DNA of 64,000 nt, taken from an uncultured bacterium. GTDB taxonomy: Bacteria > Babelota > Babeliae > Babelales > Babelaceae. Location of the stretch: contig OY970209.1 in NCBI GenBank assembly GCA_963713855.1, forward strand, positions 768,001-832,000, in the 5' to 3' direction. The notes below the pieces were generated by a model that saw only the letters and a program-made list of their open reading frames with translations, ran no database searches and had not been told where the DNA came from. Shown here in pieces: positions 49,788-59,299 of this stretch. Within the stretch, counting starts at the first letter, position 1; each line of letters starts with the position of its first letter. A program made the translations under genes and the position numbers.

Positions 49788-50858
49788 ATGATTTTTTATA
49801 TTAGTAAGGAAATGCGAATGATAGTCCGTTTTGCCATTCTGAATCTTTTATTGTTGCTCACGTTTAATGCTTTTTCGGAAGTCGTAGTACGTCCCTATGA
49901 TCCTCAGCGCGATTATGATGCGGTAACAGAACTATGCCAAAGATATTGGCAAGAGCTAGGTGAAATGGAAGAAACCTGTTCCACCTCATTTGCGGATGAA
50001 ATGTATACGCTGTCTTCTCCTCAAATGGCTAGTAAGGCAGATACTTTTGCTAAAGTAGTTGACTCAGACGGTGTGACCGTCGGATTTGCAATGTATCGAG
50101 CTCCACTTAGACAAGGGTTGGTTCTTTTTGACTCGCTGGTTAAAAACTTTTGGCAACTTGCAAAATATGACAGACAAGAAATCGCTTTACTAGATGAAAA
50201 AATGGCCCATCTTTATTATATAGCGGTTCACCCGGATCATCAAAAAAAGGGGTATGCAAAATTGCTCTTGGATACCATAGGTGCTGACTTGAAAGAAAAG
50301 GGTTATATAACTCTCTTGTCGCAGGTTGAGAAAAATAACCCCCAAGCGATGCGTTGGCATGAAAAACAAGGTTTTAAGAGGCACATATCAGAAGCTGCTT
50401 ATAGTATTGTTGAAGAGGTGTCTCGTCTTACCTCTCAATCTCTTGACCGTGAGCTATTTCATTTGGATTTTGTAGAGAGAGAACCTGACGCATTTTTGCG
50501 CATGGATCTTGCAAGCTGCATAAAAAAGTTAGAGAATAAGCTCGAAAAAACAGCCTCTGAAAAATGGTCACTCAATAGCTTACAAATAGCTTTTTCGCGC
50601 CATATTGCGAACCGCTTTTCTCCTACTATTTCTTGGCCACCTGATGTGATCCAAAAGATAGCTCGGCGTTACCTTCAAGCTCTCGATCGCCAAGATACGT
50701 ATAAGTTTGCTGCGCATCTTCTCAAATTACCTTCTTTGCCTAAGAAAGAACGAGCTCTCGTGACTCAAATCCTAGATACTATGGATAGTAATGAGTATAA
50801 GATTCATTCACCTGAAGACCTTAAGAAATTCGATTTTCTTAACGATATAGCTTTTTAA
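49788..50858 (+). CDS. GNAT acetyltransferase with signal peptide and extra C-terminal domain (likely start 49818)
   Basis: LYYIAVHPDHQKKGYAKLLL, NPQAMRWHEKQGF; N-terminal LNLLLLLTFNAFS. Confidence 0.8.
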   Translation: MIFYISKEMRMIVRFAILNLLLLLTFNAFSEVVVRPYDPQRDYDAVTELCQRYWQELGEMEETCSTSFADEMYTLSSPQMASKADTFAKVVDSDGVTVGFAMYRAPLRQGLVLFDSLVKNFWQLAKYDRQEIALLDEKMAHLYYIAVHPDHQKKGYAKLLLDTIGADLKEKGYITLLSQVEKNNPQAMRWHEKQGFKRHISEAAYSIVEEVSRLTSQSLDRELFHLDFVEREPDAFLRMDLASCIKKLENKLEKTASEKWSLNSLQIAFSRHIANRFSPTISWPPDVIQKIARRYLQALDRQDTYKFAAHLLKLPSLPKKERALVTQILDTMDSNEYKIHSPEDLKKFDFLNDIAF

Positions 50859-50866
50859 AGCCAAAA

Positions 50867-50904
50867 GAAAAGAGAAAAGGAGCAAGAACTCCTTTTCTCT
50901 TTTC
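50867..50904. terminator. Bidirectional intrinsic terminator
   Basis: 16-bp stem GAAAAGAGAAAAGGAG / CTCCTTTTCTCTTTTC between convergent genes. Confidence 0.85.
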
Positions 50905-50921
50905 GCTCGTTTTATTTCATC

Positions 50922-51605
50922 TTAAGCATCGGATGATTTGCTTTTAAAGTTTCTGGCATTTTGCATCGATTTTTCAGATTCTGGCATAGTGCTTTTTTGT
51001 GGCGCCATAGCTCCAGGTGCTGGGATAAGCTCTTTCCATGCGGAATTTCTATCAATCATGCTTATATTTTTTGCAAACTCCTCTAATTTTTGAAGGAACG
51101 CTCGCCCCAGTGCAACCATTTCTTTTGCTGCCGGTGCAATGCCGCCTAATAAAGATGCATAATGAGGGTCATCAAATGTTTGTGTCATAACGTTTGCGTA
51201 ATGCGTAATAAAAGGCTCGCTTAAGCGCAAGCTCATATAAGTGTCATGACCCATTTTCTTTATTTTTTGCATCAATGATCCCACCATCGGGGCTATTTTC
51301 TGATAGGCTGGATCACGAACCAAGCTAGCCAGGTTACCTTTATGTTTTCTTACAAGATCGAGAACTTGCATAATTTCTTGTGCCTGTTCCATTTCTACAT
51401 TGAATGGCATTCCTCGCATTCCCGCCATTAATGGCATGGAGCCTGTGCCAAGATTTTTGCGCATAAAAGGCTTTGTTCGAGGCCTTAACAGTGATCGAAT
51501 GCGTTCGCCTTTTTTTGAATGTTGCAAGGCTTCTTGAGTCTCGGGCTGCGCGGTCAAAATAGAACTTGCTAAAAGTATAAGGGAAAGAAATACTACCTTA
51601 TTCAT
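50922..51605 (-). CDS. Secreted hypothetical protein, Met-rich
   Basis: AAGGAG RBS, signal peptide. Confidence 0.7.
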   Translation of the reverse strand: MNKVVFLSLILLASSILTAQPETQEALQHSKKGERIRSLLRPRTKPFMRKNLGTGSMPLMAGMRGMPFNVEMEQAQEIMQVLDLVRKHKGNLASLVRDPAYQKIAPMVGSLMQKIKKMGHDTYMSLRLSEPFITHYANVMTQTFDDPHYASLLGGIAPAAKEMVALGRAFLQKLEEFAKNISMIDRNSAWKELIPAPGAMAPQKSTMPESEKSMQNARNFKSKSSDA

Positions 51606-51743
51606 GCTACTCCTTTTGTTTATTTAACAGTAATCTGATCTTAGGAAAAAGAAGTTACGAAAGTCAATCTTTCTTATTATGAATTTATTTGTTGCGTACA
51701 TAAGGGTAAAAAAGCAGTTAATTATAAAATAGGAGCGTTCACT

Positions 51744-52772
51744 ATGGGCTTGAAACGGCTTACCGTACTTGTTATTGGCGGAGCAGGTTATATTGGTTCC
51801 CACGTTGGATGGCTCTGTGTGTCTCAGGGGTATCGGGTTATCATGCTTGATAACGTGAGTGCCAAAACGCGCTATGATTATCCTTGGGCCTTGTGTATAA
51901 AGGGTAACTATGGCGATAGAGCTCTATTGGAGAGCATTTTTAAAGAGTCTGACATTCAAGTGGTCGTACACTGTGCGGCGTATACCCAAGTTCAAGATTC
52001 TGTGACTCGACCCATAGCTTATTATGAAAATAATGTTTCCCATTTTTCAACATTGCTTGATGTTCTATCAAAGCTTAAGACGATGCCCTATTTTCTTTTT
52101 TCTTCCAGCGCAGCTGTCTATGGTGCAACAATGCGCGCATCCATTTCAGAGGATGCTCCTTTAGCTCCGATAAGCCCTTATGGCCGTACTAAACTGATTG
52201 GCGAATGGATGCTTGAAGATTGCAGAAGGGCATATGGCCTGCGATATGTTGCTTTTCGCTACTTTAATGTTGCGGGTGCTCACCCGCAAGAAGGTCTTTT
52301 CGAAGAGCATGTTCCTGAATCCCACCTTATACCGCTTGTATTAAAGGCACTGCGTCAAAAAAGTGCCTTTACCATTTTTGGTACGAATTACCAAACAAAT
52401 GACGGAACAGCTATTCGCGATTATGTACACGTGTTGGATGTTGCTCGCGCGCATGCCATGGCAATAGATTACCTTCAAAAAGGCGGTATGTCTGACGTTT
52501 TTAACATAGGCTCTCAAAGAGGGACTTCTGTGCTTGAAATCATCGCCGAAGCTGAAAAAATAGCCCAATCTAAACTTGGCTGGCGTGCAGGGCCCATGCG
52601 TGCTGGTGATCCTGCCAGTTTGGTTTCTAACTGCGAGAAGGCTGTTCAAAATTTGGGGTGGGTACCCCAAATGAGCACTTTAGAGCTACTTTTAGAAAGT
52701 GCATGGCGGTCATCTGACCCACTTAGCGGTTTAAACGAGAGCGTACGTGAACAAGGCCGATGCACAAGCTAA
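51744..52772 (+). CDS. galE: UDP-glucose 4-epimerase
   Basis: GGAGYIGSH, FSSSAAVYG, PYGRTK, RYFNVAGA, DGTAIRDYVHV. Confidence 0.95.
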   Translation: MGLKRLTVLVIGGAGYIGSHVGWLCVSQGYRVIMLDNVSAKTRYDYPWALCIKGNYGDRALLESIFKESDIQVVVHCAAYTQVQDSVTRPIAYYENNVSHFSTLLDVLSKLKTMPYFLFSSSAAVYGATMRASISEDAPLAPISPYGRTKLIGEWMLEDCRRAYGLRYVAFRYFNVAGAHPQEGLFEEHVPESHLIPLVLKALRQKSAFTIFGTNYQTNDGTAIRDYVHVLDVARAHAMAIDYLQKGGMSDVFNIGSQRGTSVLEIIAEAEKIAQSKLGWRAGPMRAGDPASLVSNCEKAVQNLGWVPQMSTLELLLESAWRSSDPLSGLNESVREQGRCTS

Positions 52773-54330
52773 TGCCGATAGCCAAGGAGACCCCTATTTG
52801 AAGGCTTAATGGAGATTTATTTAGTATGCCAGCGCATATGAATGCCGCGATAGAGCCAAGAATAGGAATAACGGCGTAGTTAGCTTGTGTAGTTACGTGG
52901 TCTAGGTGGTATGCTTGAGCACTTGTTGAAGCTATAACCATCGCATCTGTAATTGGTGAAACGTGGCTTCCCGCTATTGCGCCTGATATGAGTGCGCCGA
53001 CTACTGGAACGACACCGTACACATAAGTACTCGCTATCGGTGGAGCACCTAGAACATTAACAATGAGGGGCAAAGCGAGTGGTGTCAGAATCATGATCGC
53101 TCCCCATGCTGAGCCTGTGCTTGCAGTTGTAAGTGCTGTTGTTAGAAAGACCACGAGCGGGATGAGAGCTAGGCTTACGGTATGCGATAATAATTTTGCT
53201 ACGTACTCACCAGTATGCAGATCGTCTTTGAGTACGGCTGACAGGGTCCACGCAAGAAGAAGGATTAGCAGAGAGTTTTTCATGAGGTCAAAGCCTTGCC
53301 TACTTAACCTTATAAGTTTTAGGGGCTCTACGCCTTCCAAAAGCATGCGAAGAACGCTTACTGCAAGGGCAATCGCTCCTGCTGCGCAGAGCGCTAAAAC
53401 GCTATTGCCACTCATGAAAGCGTCAACAAGCGTTTGTTTGCCTCCAAAGGGAATCCAGCCGCCTGTATAAAGAATAAGCGTAGCGCATACTACGATAAAT
53501 GCTATAAGCGGCAATACTATGTCGAGCGGTGAACCCACCTTCTCGCCGTCAGCGATAGATCGTTTTGCTAAAGGTATTTTACCGCCAAATAGATTGCCAT
53601 CTATGTTGGCTTGCTCTTCATGGCGCTTCATAAGGCCAAATGAGGCGCCGCTCCACGTTATGTACCAGGCCGTAAAAATACTCAGTACGGGATAAAAGAG
53701 AAACGGGATAACTCCTATGTAAAGGCGAAAAGGGTGAATGACCATGAGCGATTTTGGCATGAGTGTCTTGTGAATACCTGCGGCTTCTAATTGAGTAAGA
53801 ATCATTCCGACCCAGCTGCTTGCCGGAACGAGGACTGCTAAAGGTGCGCTTACTGAATTTAGAAGATATGCAAGCTTTGCTCGTGGTACCTTAAAGTGAT
53901 CAGTAACAGGTCTCATGATTGAGCCCACCATAAGCGCGTTTAGGTAGTCGTCGACAAAGAATAAACAGGATAACCCCAAAGAGGTCAACTGGGCTTGGCG
54001 GGCCGTTTTTAGGCGATGCAGTAATCGCTTTGTATAAACGTGGAGCCCCCCGCTATGGGTCATACATTCGATAAGGACTCCTAAAAAAATAAGAAACCCG
54101 AACATGAATATTTTGTCATATCGGCCGGTTTGATAGGCTAAGTCAGGTAGGCCAGTTTGGTCTAAAATGCGCACCACTGCTAGATAAAAGGCCTTCCAGA
54201 GCGAAAAGTTACTTGCTATAAAAGTTGCTGATAGAATACCACCTGCTAGAGAGAGCAGCACATTGCGGGTTGTTAGGGCCAAGATGAAAATTAAAAGGGG
54301 TGGAAGTAATACTATTGCGCCAGTGTCCAT
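52723..54330 (-). CDS. NhaC-family transporter
   Basis: LLPPLL...LTTRNV, FFVDDYLN.L.VG, STGSAWG, GSHVSPITD, HVTTQ; ATG 54330 preferred. Confidence 0.88.
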   Translation of the reverse strand: MDTGAIVLLPPLLIFILALTTRNVLLSLAGGILSATFIASNFSLWKAFYLAVVRILDQTGLPDLAYQTGRYDKIFMFGFLIFLGVLIECMTHSGGLHVYTKRLLHRLKTARQAQLTSLGLSCLFFVDDYLNALMVGSIMRPVTDHFKVPRAKLAYLLNSVSAPLAVLVPASSWVGMILTQLEAAGIHKTLMPKSLMVIHPFRLYIGVIPFLFYPVLSIFTAWYITWSGASFGLMKRHEEQANIDGNLFGGKIPLAKRSIADGEKVGSPLDIVLPLIAFIVVCATLILYTGGWIPFGGKQTLVDAFMSGNSVLALCAAGAIALAVSVLRMLLEGVEPLKLIRLSRQGFDLMKNSLLILLLAWTLSAVLKDDLHTGEYVAKLLSHTVSLALIPLVVFLTTALTTASTGSAWGAIMILTPLALPLIVNVLGAPPIASTYVYGVVPVVGALISGAIAGSHVSPITDAMVIASTSAQAYHLDHVTTQANYAVIPILGSIAAFICAGILNKSPLSLQIGVSLAIGISLCIGLVHVRSRLNR

Positions 54331-54468
54331 AGATTGAAACTCGCTTCTTGTGTTGACCAAGTTGACCAATTATGCTTTTTGCTTTACTATTGTAACATAT
54401 ATCTAGGATATAAAGATATCCAATAGACAAGTTTTTTGTAAGCATGGAGCGCATTCAAGGTAAAACAT

Positions 54469-54891
54469 ATGAGTATGAATAAGATTTTTTTTCTTCGCAC
54501 TGAGGATAGAGTACCCGCTTGGCGCTTAATTGATGCCTCTGGCCAAATTGTAGGTCGCCTTGCTACGCAGATTGCTGATACTTTAAGAGGCAAAAATAAA
54601 GCTGCTTATACCCCGCATTGTGACGCAGGTGATTATGTTGTGGTTATTAATGCTGAAAAAATAGTCTTTACCGGCGATAAGATGCGCGATAAAGAGTATG
54701 TTTGGCATACGGGCTATATCGGCGGCCAGAAAAAGCTAACAGCACGCCAAGTGATGGACAAAGCACCTGAGCGCATTCTTATGCACGCCGTCAAAGGCAT
54801 GCTTGGCTCGAGTAAGCTGGCTCGTGCACAGCTTAAAAAACTGCGCATTTATAAGGGCTCCTTACATCCCCATGAAGCTCAAGTAGCTTAA
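54469..54891 (+). CDS. rplM: 50S ribosomal protein L13
   Basis: W.LIDA.G..VGRLA, LRGK.K..YTPH.D.GDYVVVINAEK, HTGYIGG, AVKGML, HPHEAQ. Confidence 0.98.
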   Translation: MSMNKIFFLRTEDRVPAWRLIDASGQIVGRLATQIADTLRGKNKAAYTPHCDAGDYVVVINAEKIVFTGDKMRDKEYVWHTGYIGGQKKLTARQVMDKAPERILMHAVKGMLGSSKLARAQLKKLRIYKGSLHPHEAQVA

Positions 54892-54905
54892 AAAAGAGTT
54901 TTTAG

Positions 54906-54941
54906 ATATTAAAGGCAGGTCACTGGACCTGCCTTTAATAT
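54906..54941. terminator. Intrinsic terminator after rplM
   Basis: 16-bp stem ATATTAAAGGCAGGTC-actg-GACCTGCCTTTAATAT. Confidence 0.85.
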
Positions 54942-54943
54942 TG

Positions 54944-55129
54944 CTATATGGGAGGAATTGGTCCCTTGCGATTGAAGAGTTTCATGACAAATGAAAGCGC
55001 GAAAAGGGCAAGGAAGATAAAGAAAACAATCTTTGCCATTCCGCTAGCTGTAGCAGCAATACCGGTAAACCCAAGTACACCTGCTATAATAGCTATAATA
55101 AGAAATATAAGTGCCCAATCAAGCATCAT
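54944..55129 (-). CDS. DUF1328 (YtjA-like) small membrane protein
   Basis: [24 protein letters not shown]...AKIVFFIFL. Confidence 0.9.
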   Translation of the reverse strand: MMLDWALIFLIIAIIAGVLGFTGIAATASGMAKIVFFIFLALFALSFVMKLFNRKGPIPPI

Positions 55130-55541
55130 TAGGTGTTCTCCTTTATAAAGTACCTAGCTTAAGGTGTAAACTATTTATACTATATTAGTCAATAGTTTTA
55201 GCCATGCGGTGTCAATCACTATCAAATCTAACATCTAGTAAATTGCTCGTCCTACGAGCTAAAAGAGCTTTTTTTACCTTTTTTACCTGCTTTAACGTTT
55301 AGACTTTTTTTGAAAGCTTAATGTCGAACGCAAAACACGGCTTTGCGCGAATGGAGAAAACGCGTTGACAAGCAAGGTAAAGGATGGTAGGTTTTCGAAG
55401 GCCAAAAAAGCCACTCAAACATCAAGAATAATAAGAAGGTTTAAGTCAAAGATCGTTTTTTAGTAACGATTTGATCGATGACCATTACTGCAGATGCATG
55501 TCGAGCTGAAGCTGACGGTTTTTGTGGGAGGAATGTGGAAA

Positions 55542-57830
55542 ATGACTCTTTCAAGAGCTCTAATTTATCGGTATACTTTTTTGTTCTCTTTACTATTATC
55601 GTTAAGCTGTGCCGGGTGCCCGTCGTTATCTGGAAACAGCTATCCATTACCTTCTGGCTCTACCCCATATCAAGCTGCATTTTCACCAAACGGTTTATAT
55701 ATCGCTGTCGCTAACGGTGCTTCAAGTAATGTTACGGTATTTACCGTGGGCACTGGAGGAGCTCTTAGTAATGGCATCTCATACGCATTGCCTGGTGGCT
55801 CGGCCCAGCCAGATTGGTTGGCCTTTTCTGCTGACGGAAAGTATTTGGCGACGTCAAATTTTCTCTCAAATGATGTGACGATATTTACTGTAGGGACGGA
55901 TGGAACCTTAAGTAATGGTATATCTTATCCATTGCCGGGCGGTTCCGTTAATCCTTTTTCAATAGCATTTTCTCCAAATGGATCCTACTTGGCCACTGCT
56001 AATTTCAATGGGTCCAATAATGTAACAATATTTAGTGTAGGAGCGGGAGGTGTTCTGAGTGCCGGGACTTCCTACCCATTGCCCGGAGGGTCGTCCCTTG
56101 CTCGATCGATTGCGTTTTCGCCGTCAGGTAATAATCTTATCTGCGTCAATCAAAATTCTAATGATGTAACAGTCTTTAATGTTGGCACTGGTGGTGTTTT
56201 AAGCGGAGCAACATCGTATCCACTGCCATCGGGTGCAGCTGCTCCTCTTACCGCAGCATTCTCACCAGATGGAAACTATCTAGCTGTCTCAAACTTCAAT
56301 TCAGCTAACGTCACCGTATTCACTGTTGGATCTGGCGGAGCTTTAAGTGGGGGAGTTTCTTATGCGGTGCCGTCAGGCTCAATGAATCCGCAGGGTGCTG
56401 CATTTTCACCTAACGGGGCTTATTTTGTTTGCTCGAATGTAGGCTCAAATGACGTGACTATATTTAGCGTGTCCGCAGGCGGTATATTGACCAATGGAGC
56501 ATCGTACGCTTTACCTTCTGGTAGCCTTTATCCAGCAGCCGTGGCATTCTCCCCAAACGGTTTTTATCTTGTCACTGCTAATTATAGTTCAAGCAATACC
56601 ACGCTTATGATGCTTGAATGTCCAAACCAGTCGGTGCCTTTGGGTTCAGGAAATTCATATTCGTTACCAGCGGGATCGGTGCAACCCATTTCTGTAACGT
56701 TTTCAGATGATGGATCATACCTTGCCTCTGCAAACTATAAATCAAATGATATAACCCTTTTTCCTCTTAGCCAAAGCAATAACTTGATAACGTTTGGAAG
56801 CGGTACTTCCTATGCCCTTCCAACGAATTCATCGAGTCCCTCTTTCGTTGCTTTTTCGCATAGTACAGCATACTTAGCGACAGCAAATAGCCAGTCAAAT
56901 GACGTTACTTTGTTCAAGATAACAGCAGGACAATTGGTAGGTGGAACCTCATATCCATTACCTCTAAATGCTACGAATCCTGCCGCGCTTGAATTTTCCC
57001 CTGATGATTCTTATTTAGCCGTTGCTGTAAGAAACTCTCATAATGTAATCGTATTTCCGGTCGCAGGAGGGTCGTTATCGGGAGCGACTATGTTTACGCT
57101 GCCTCTTAACTCTTTTAATCCATCATCGATCGCTTTTACGCCTGATGGCATGTATCTGGCTACAGCGAATAGTGGTTCAAACGATGTTACGCTCTTTAAG
57201 TTTTCTAATGGCATACTAAGTGGTGTGAGATCTCAGTCCTTGCCAAACGGATCGCGGCAACCACAGTCATTAGTTTTTTTACCCGAAGCTTCCGGTAATG
57301 TGCTTCTTTTGACTTGTAATAGCGCCTCAAATGACGTGACCCTTTTCAAGTTGGATGCAGGATCGATTGCTAATGGAACATCATACCCTCTGCCTTCAGG
57401 TGACTTCAATCCTCAAGCAATTACAGGCTCATCGGACGGATCTCATTGTGCTACTGCGAACAGTGGTTCGAATGACATCACCCTCTTTACAATTATAGGT
57501 GGCTCTCTTAGTCAGGGTACATCGTATGCCTTACCAGGTACTTCTACCGATTGCGTAGGGATAGCATTTTCAGAAGATGGGACCTCTGTTGCGACAGCAA
57601 ATTTTGGATCAAATGATGTGTCACTTATTCCAATCATAAGTGGCGGAGGTGGATCTGACTCTCTGCCATTAGGCGTCATTATAGGTACCACAGTGGGTGT
57701 TCCGTTAAGTATCGGTTTCTTGGTGATAGTAGGTGGGACGGTCTCGTGCTTGCTTTATAAGTATTTACATTATTACAGACATAAAGGCACTGTTAATTTT
57801 AGCGGTGATGAGCTTTCTAACACCCTTTGA
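55542..57830 (+). CDS. Membrane-anchored double 7-bladed beta-propeller, paralog of 17650..19965
   Basis: GGAGGA RBS before ATG 55542; 14 blades; TM segment LPLGVIIGTTVGVP; tail YKYLH...VNF...TL. Confidence 0.9.
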   Translation: MTLSRALIYRYTFLFSLLLSLSCAGCPSLSGNSYPLPSGSTPYQAAFSPNGLYIAVANGASSNVTVFTVGTGGALSNGISYALPGGSAQPDWLAFSADGKYLATSNFLSNDVTIFTVGTDGTLSNGISYPLPGGSVNPFSIAFSPNGSYLATANFNGSNNVTIFSVGAGGVLSAGTSYPLPGGSSLARSIAFSPSGNNLICVNQNSNDVTVFNVGTGGVLSGATSYPLPSGAAAPLTAAFSPDGNYLAVSNFNSANVTVFTVGSGGALSGGVSYAVPSGSMNPQGAAFSPNGAYFVCSNVGSNDVTIFSVSAGGILTNGASYALPSGSLYPAAVAFSPNGFYLVTANYSSSNTTLMMLECPNQSVPLGSGNSYSLPAGSVQPISVTFSDDGSYLASANYKSNDITLFPLSQSNNLITFGSGTSYALPTNSSSPSFVAFSHSTAYLATANSQSNDVTLFKITAGQLVGGTSYPLPLNATNPAALEFSPDDSYLAVAVRNSHNVIVFPVAGGSLSGATMFTLPLNSFNPSSIAFTPDGMYLATANSGSNDVTLFKFSNGILSGVRSQSLPNGSRQPQSLVFLPEASGNVLLLTCNSASNDVTLFKLDAGSIANGTSYPLPSGDFNPQAITGSSDGSHCATANSGSNDITLFTIIGGSLSQGTSYALPGTSTDCVGIAFSEDGTSVATANFGSNDVSLIPIISGGGGSDSLPLGVIIGTTVGVPLSIGFLVIVGGTVSCLLYKYLHYYRHKGTVNFSGDELSNTL

Positions 57831-58053
57831 AATAGCACAATCTTCCATCGTTTTCCAATCAATGCTCCCTCAAAATTCCATAAGTGTGATGCTAATGAGC
57901 CAAGAACTTTAGTAAAATCTGGTTTTATAGAAAACTTCCCGTTAATTGTTTTCCTCGAGTAGTATAGAACCCCATCGTGGTTTAAGTATTGACTTATTTG
58001 GCCTTTTTGCCTAATGCTAATAAGAGTCGATATTTGCTAATTGATGGAAAGAC

Positions 58054-59232
58054 ATGAAATATAGCACGTTTTTTGGCGTAGTAGTAATTGCATTTGTAGT
58101 TGGTTGTTCATTCACTGGGCAAGAGCCAGAGGATTTTTTTCAAAAGCTGTTAAGCCATGCAGACATCAAAATTAACGGTGATAGGCCCTGGGATATTACG
58201 GTGCACAACAACGAACTCTATGCGCGCGTATTACGTGATGGCTCTCTAGGCCTTGGTGAAGCTTACATGGATGGTTGGTGGGACTGCCCTTCGTTGGATG
58301 AGTTCTTCTTTCGTGTATTGCGAGCCCGTATGGATGAAAAAATGAGCTGGAATTGGCCGACCTTATTTATGTTTTTAAAGGCCAAGCTTCTTAATTTGCA
58401 AACATCAAATCGTGCTTTTGAGGTTGGTCAAAAACACTACGATTTAGGGAATGACCTTTTTGAGCGTATGCTTGATAAGCGGCTTGTGTATTCGTGTGGG
58501 TATTGGGACGGTGTTGCAGACCTTGATCTTGCACAGGAAAAAAAACTCGATCTTATTTGCCGTAAGCTTAATTTAGAGCCGGGCATGACGGTGCTTGATA
58601 TCGGTTGCGGGTGGGCCAGTTTTGCCTGTTACGCTGCTCAAAAATACGGTGTACACGTGACTGGTGTGACAATCTCAAAAGAGCAAGTTTTATATGCACA
58701 AGAACTTTGCAGGGGACTTCCAGTCGAGATACGCTTACAGGACTATAGAGAGATTCAAGGTACTTTTGACCGCGTTGTGAGTGTTGGCATGTTCGAGCAT
58801 GTTGGTCACAAAAATTATACTGAATTTATGAAAGTTGTTTCGCGATGCCTTAAAGATGATGGCCTTGCGTTACTCCATACTATTGGAAACAACGTAACAA
58901 CCAATACACCAGACACTTGGATTACGAAATATATTTTTCCTAACGGTGCTTTGCCATCTATGACGCAGATAAGTAGCGCTATAGAGGGATTTTTTATCAT
59001 GGAAGACTGGCATAACTTTGGTGCAGATTATGATAGAACGCTTATGGCATGGTTTGATCGTTTTAATGAGGCGTGGCCCTCGCTTAGTAAAAAGTATGAC
59101 GATCGTTTTTATCGTATGTGGAAATATTACTTGCTCTCATGTGCGGGCCTCTTTAGAGCTCGTGCAGCTCAGCTTTGGCAACTCGTTTTATCTAAAAATG
59201 GTCTTTTAGGGGGTTATAAATCCCCTCGTTAG
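58054..59232 (+). CDS. cfa: Cyclopropane fatty-acyl-phospholipid synthase
   Basis: GSLGLGEAYMDGWW, HYDLGNDLF, YSCGYW, LDIGCGW, SVGMFEHVG, YIFP, RMWKYYL. Confidence 0.95.
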   Translation: MKYSTFFGVVVIAFVVGCSFTGQEPEDFFQKLLSHADIKINGDRPWDITVHNNELYARVLRDGSLGLGEAYMDGWWDCPSLDEFFFRVLRARMDEKMSWNWPTLFMFLKAKLLNLQTSNRAFEVGQKHYDLGNDLFERMLDKRLVYSCGYWDGVADLDLAQEKKLDLICRKLNLEPGMTVLDIGCGWASFACYAAQKYGVHVTGVTISKEQVLYAQELCRGLPVEIRLQDYREIQGTFDRVVSVGMFEHVGHKNYTEFMKVVSRCLKDDGLALLHTIGNNVTTNTPDTWITKYIFPNGALPSMTQISSAIEGFFIMEDWHNFGADYDRTLMAWFDRFNEAWPSLSKKYDDRFYRMWKYYLLSCAGLFRARAAQLWQLVLSKNGLLGGYKSPR

Positions 59233-59299
59233 ATTGACTTTTAAAATCTACTAATGGTAGCGTAGGCCTGATGTTTATTTTTGAAAAAAAGGAAGAACA

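Noticed and set aside
52723..52772. 50-bp convergent overlap of galE and the NhaC gene
   Set aside because: Short 3' overlaps are common in compact genomes
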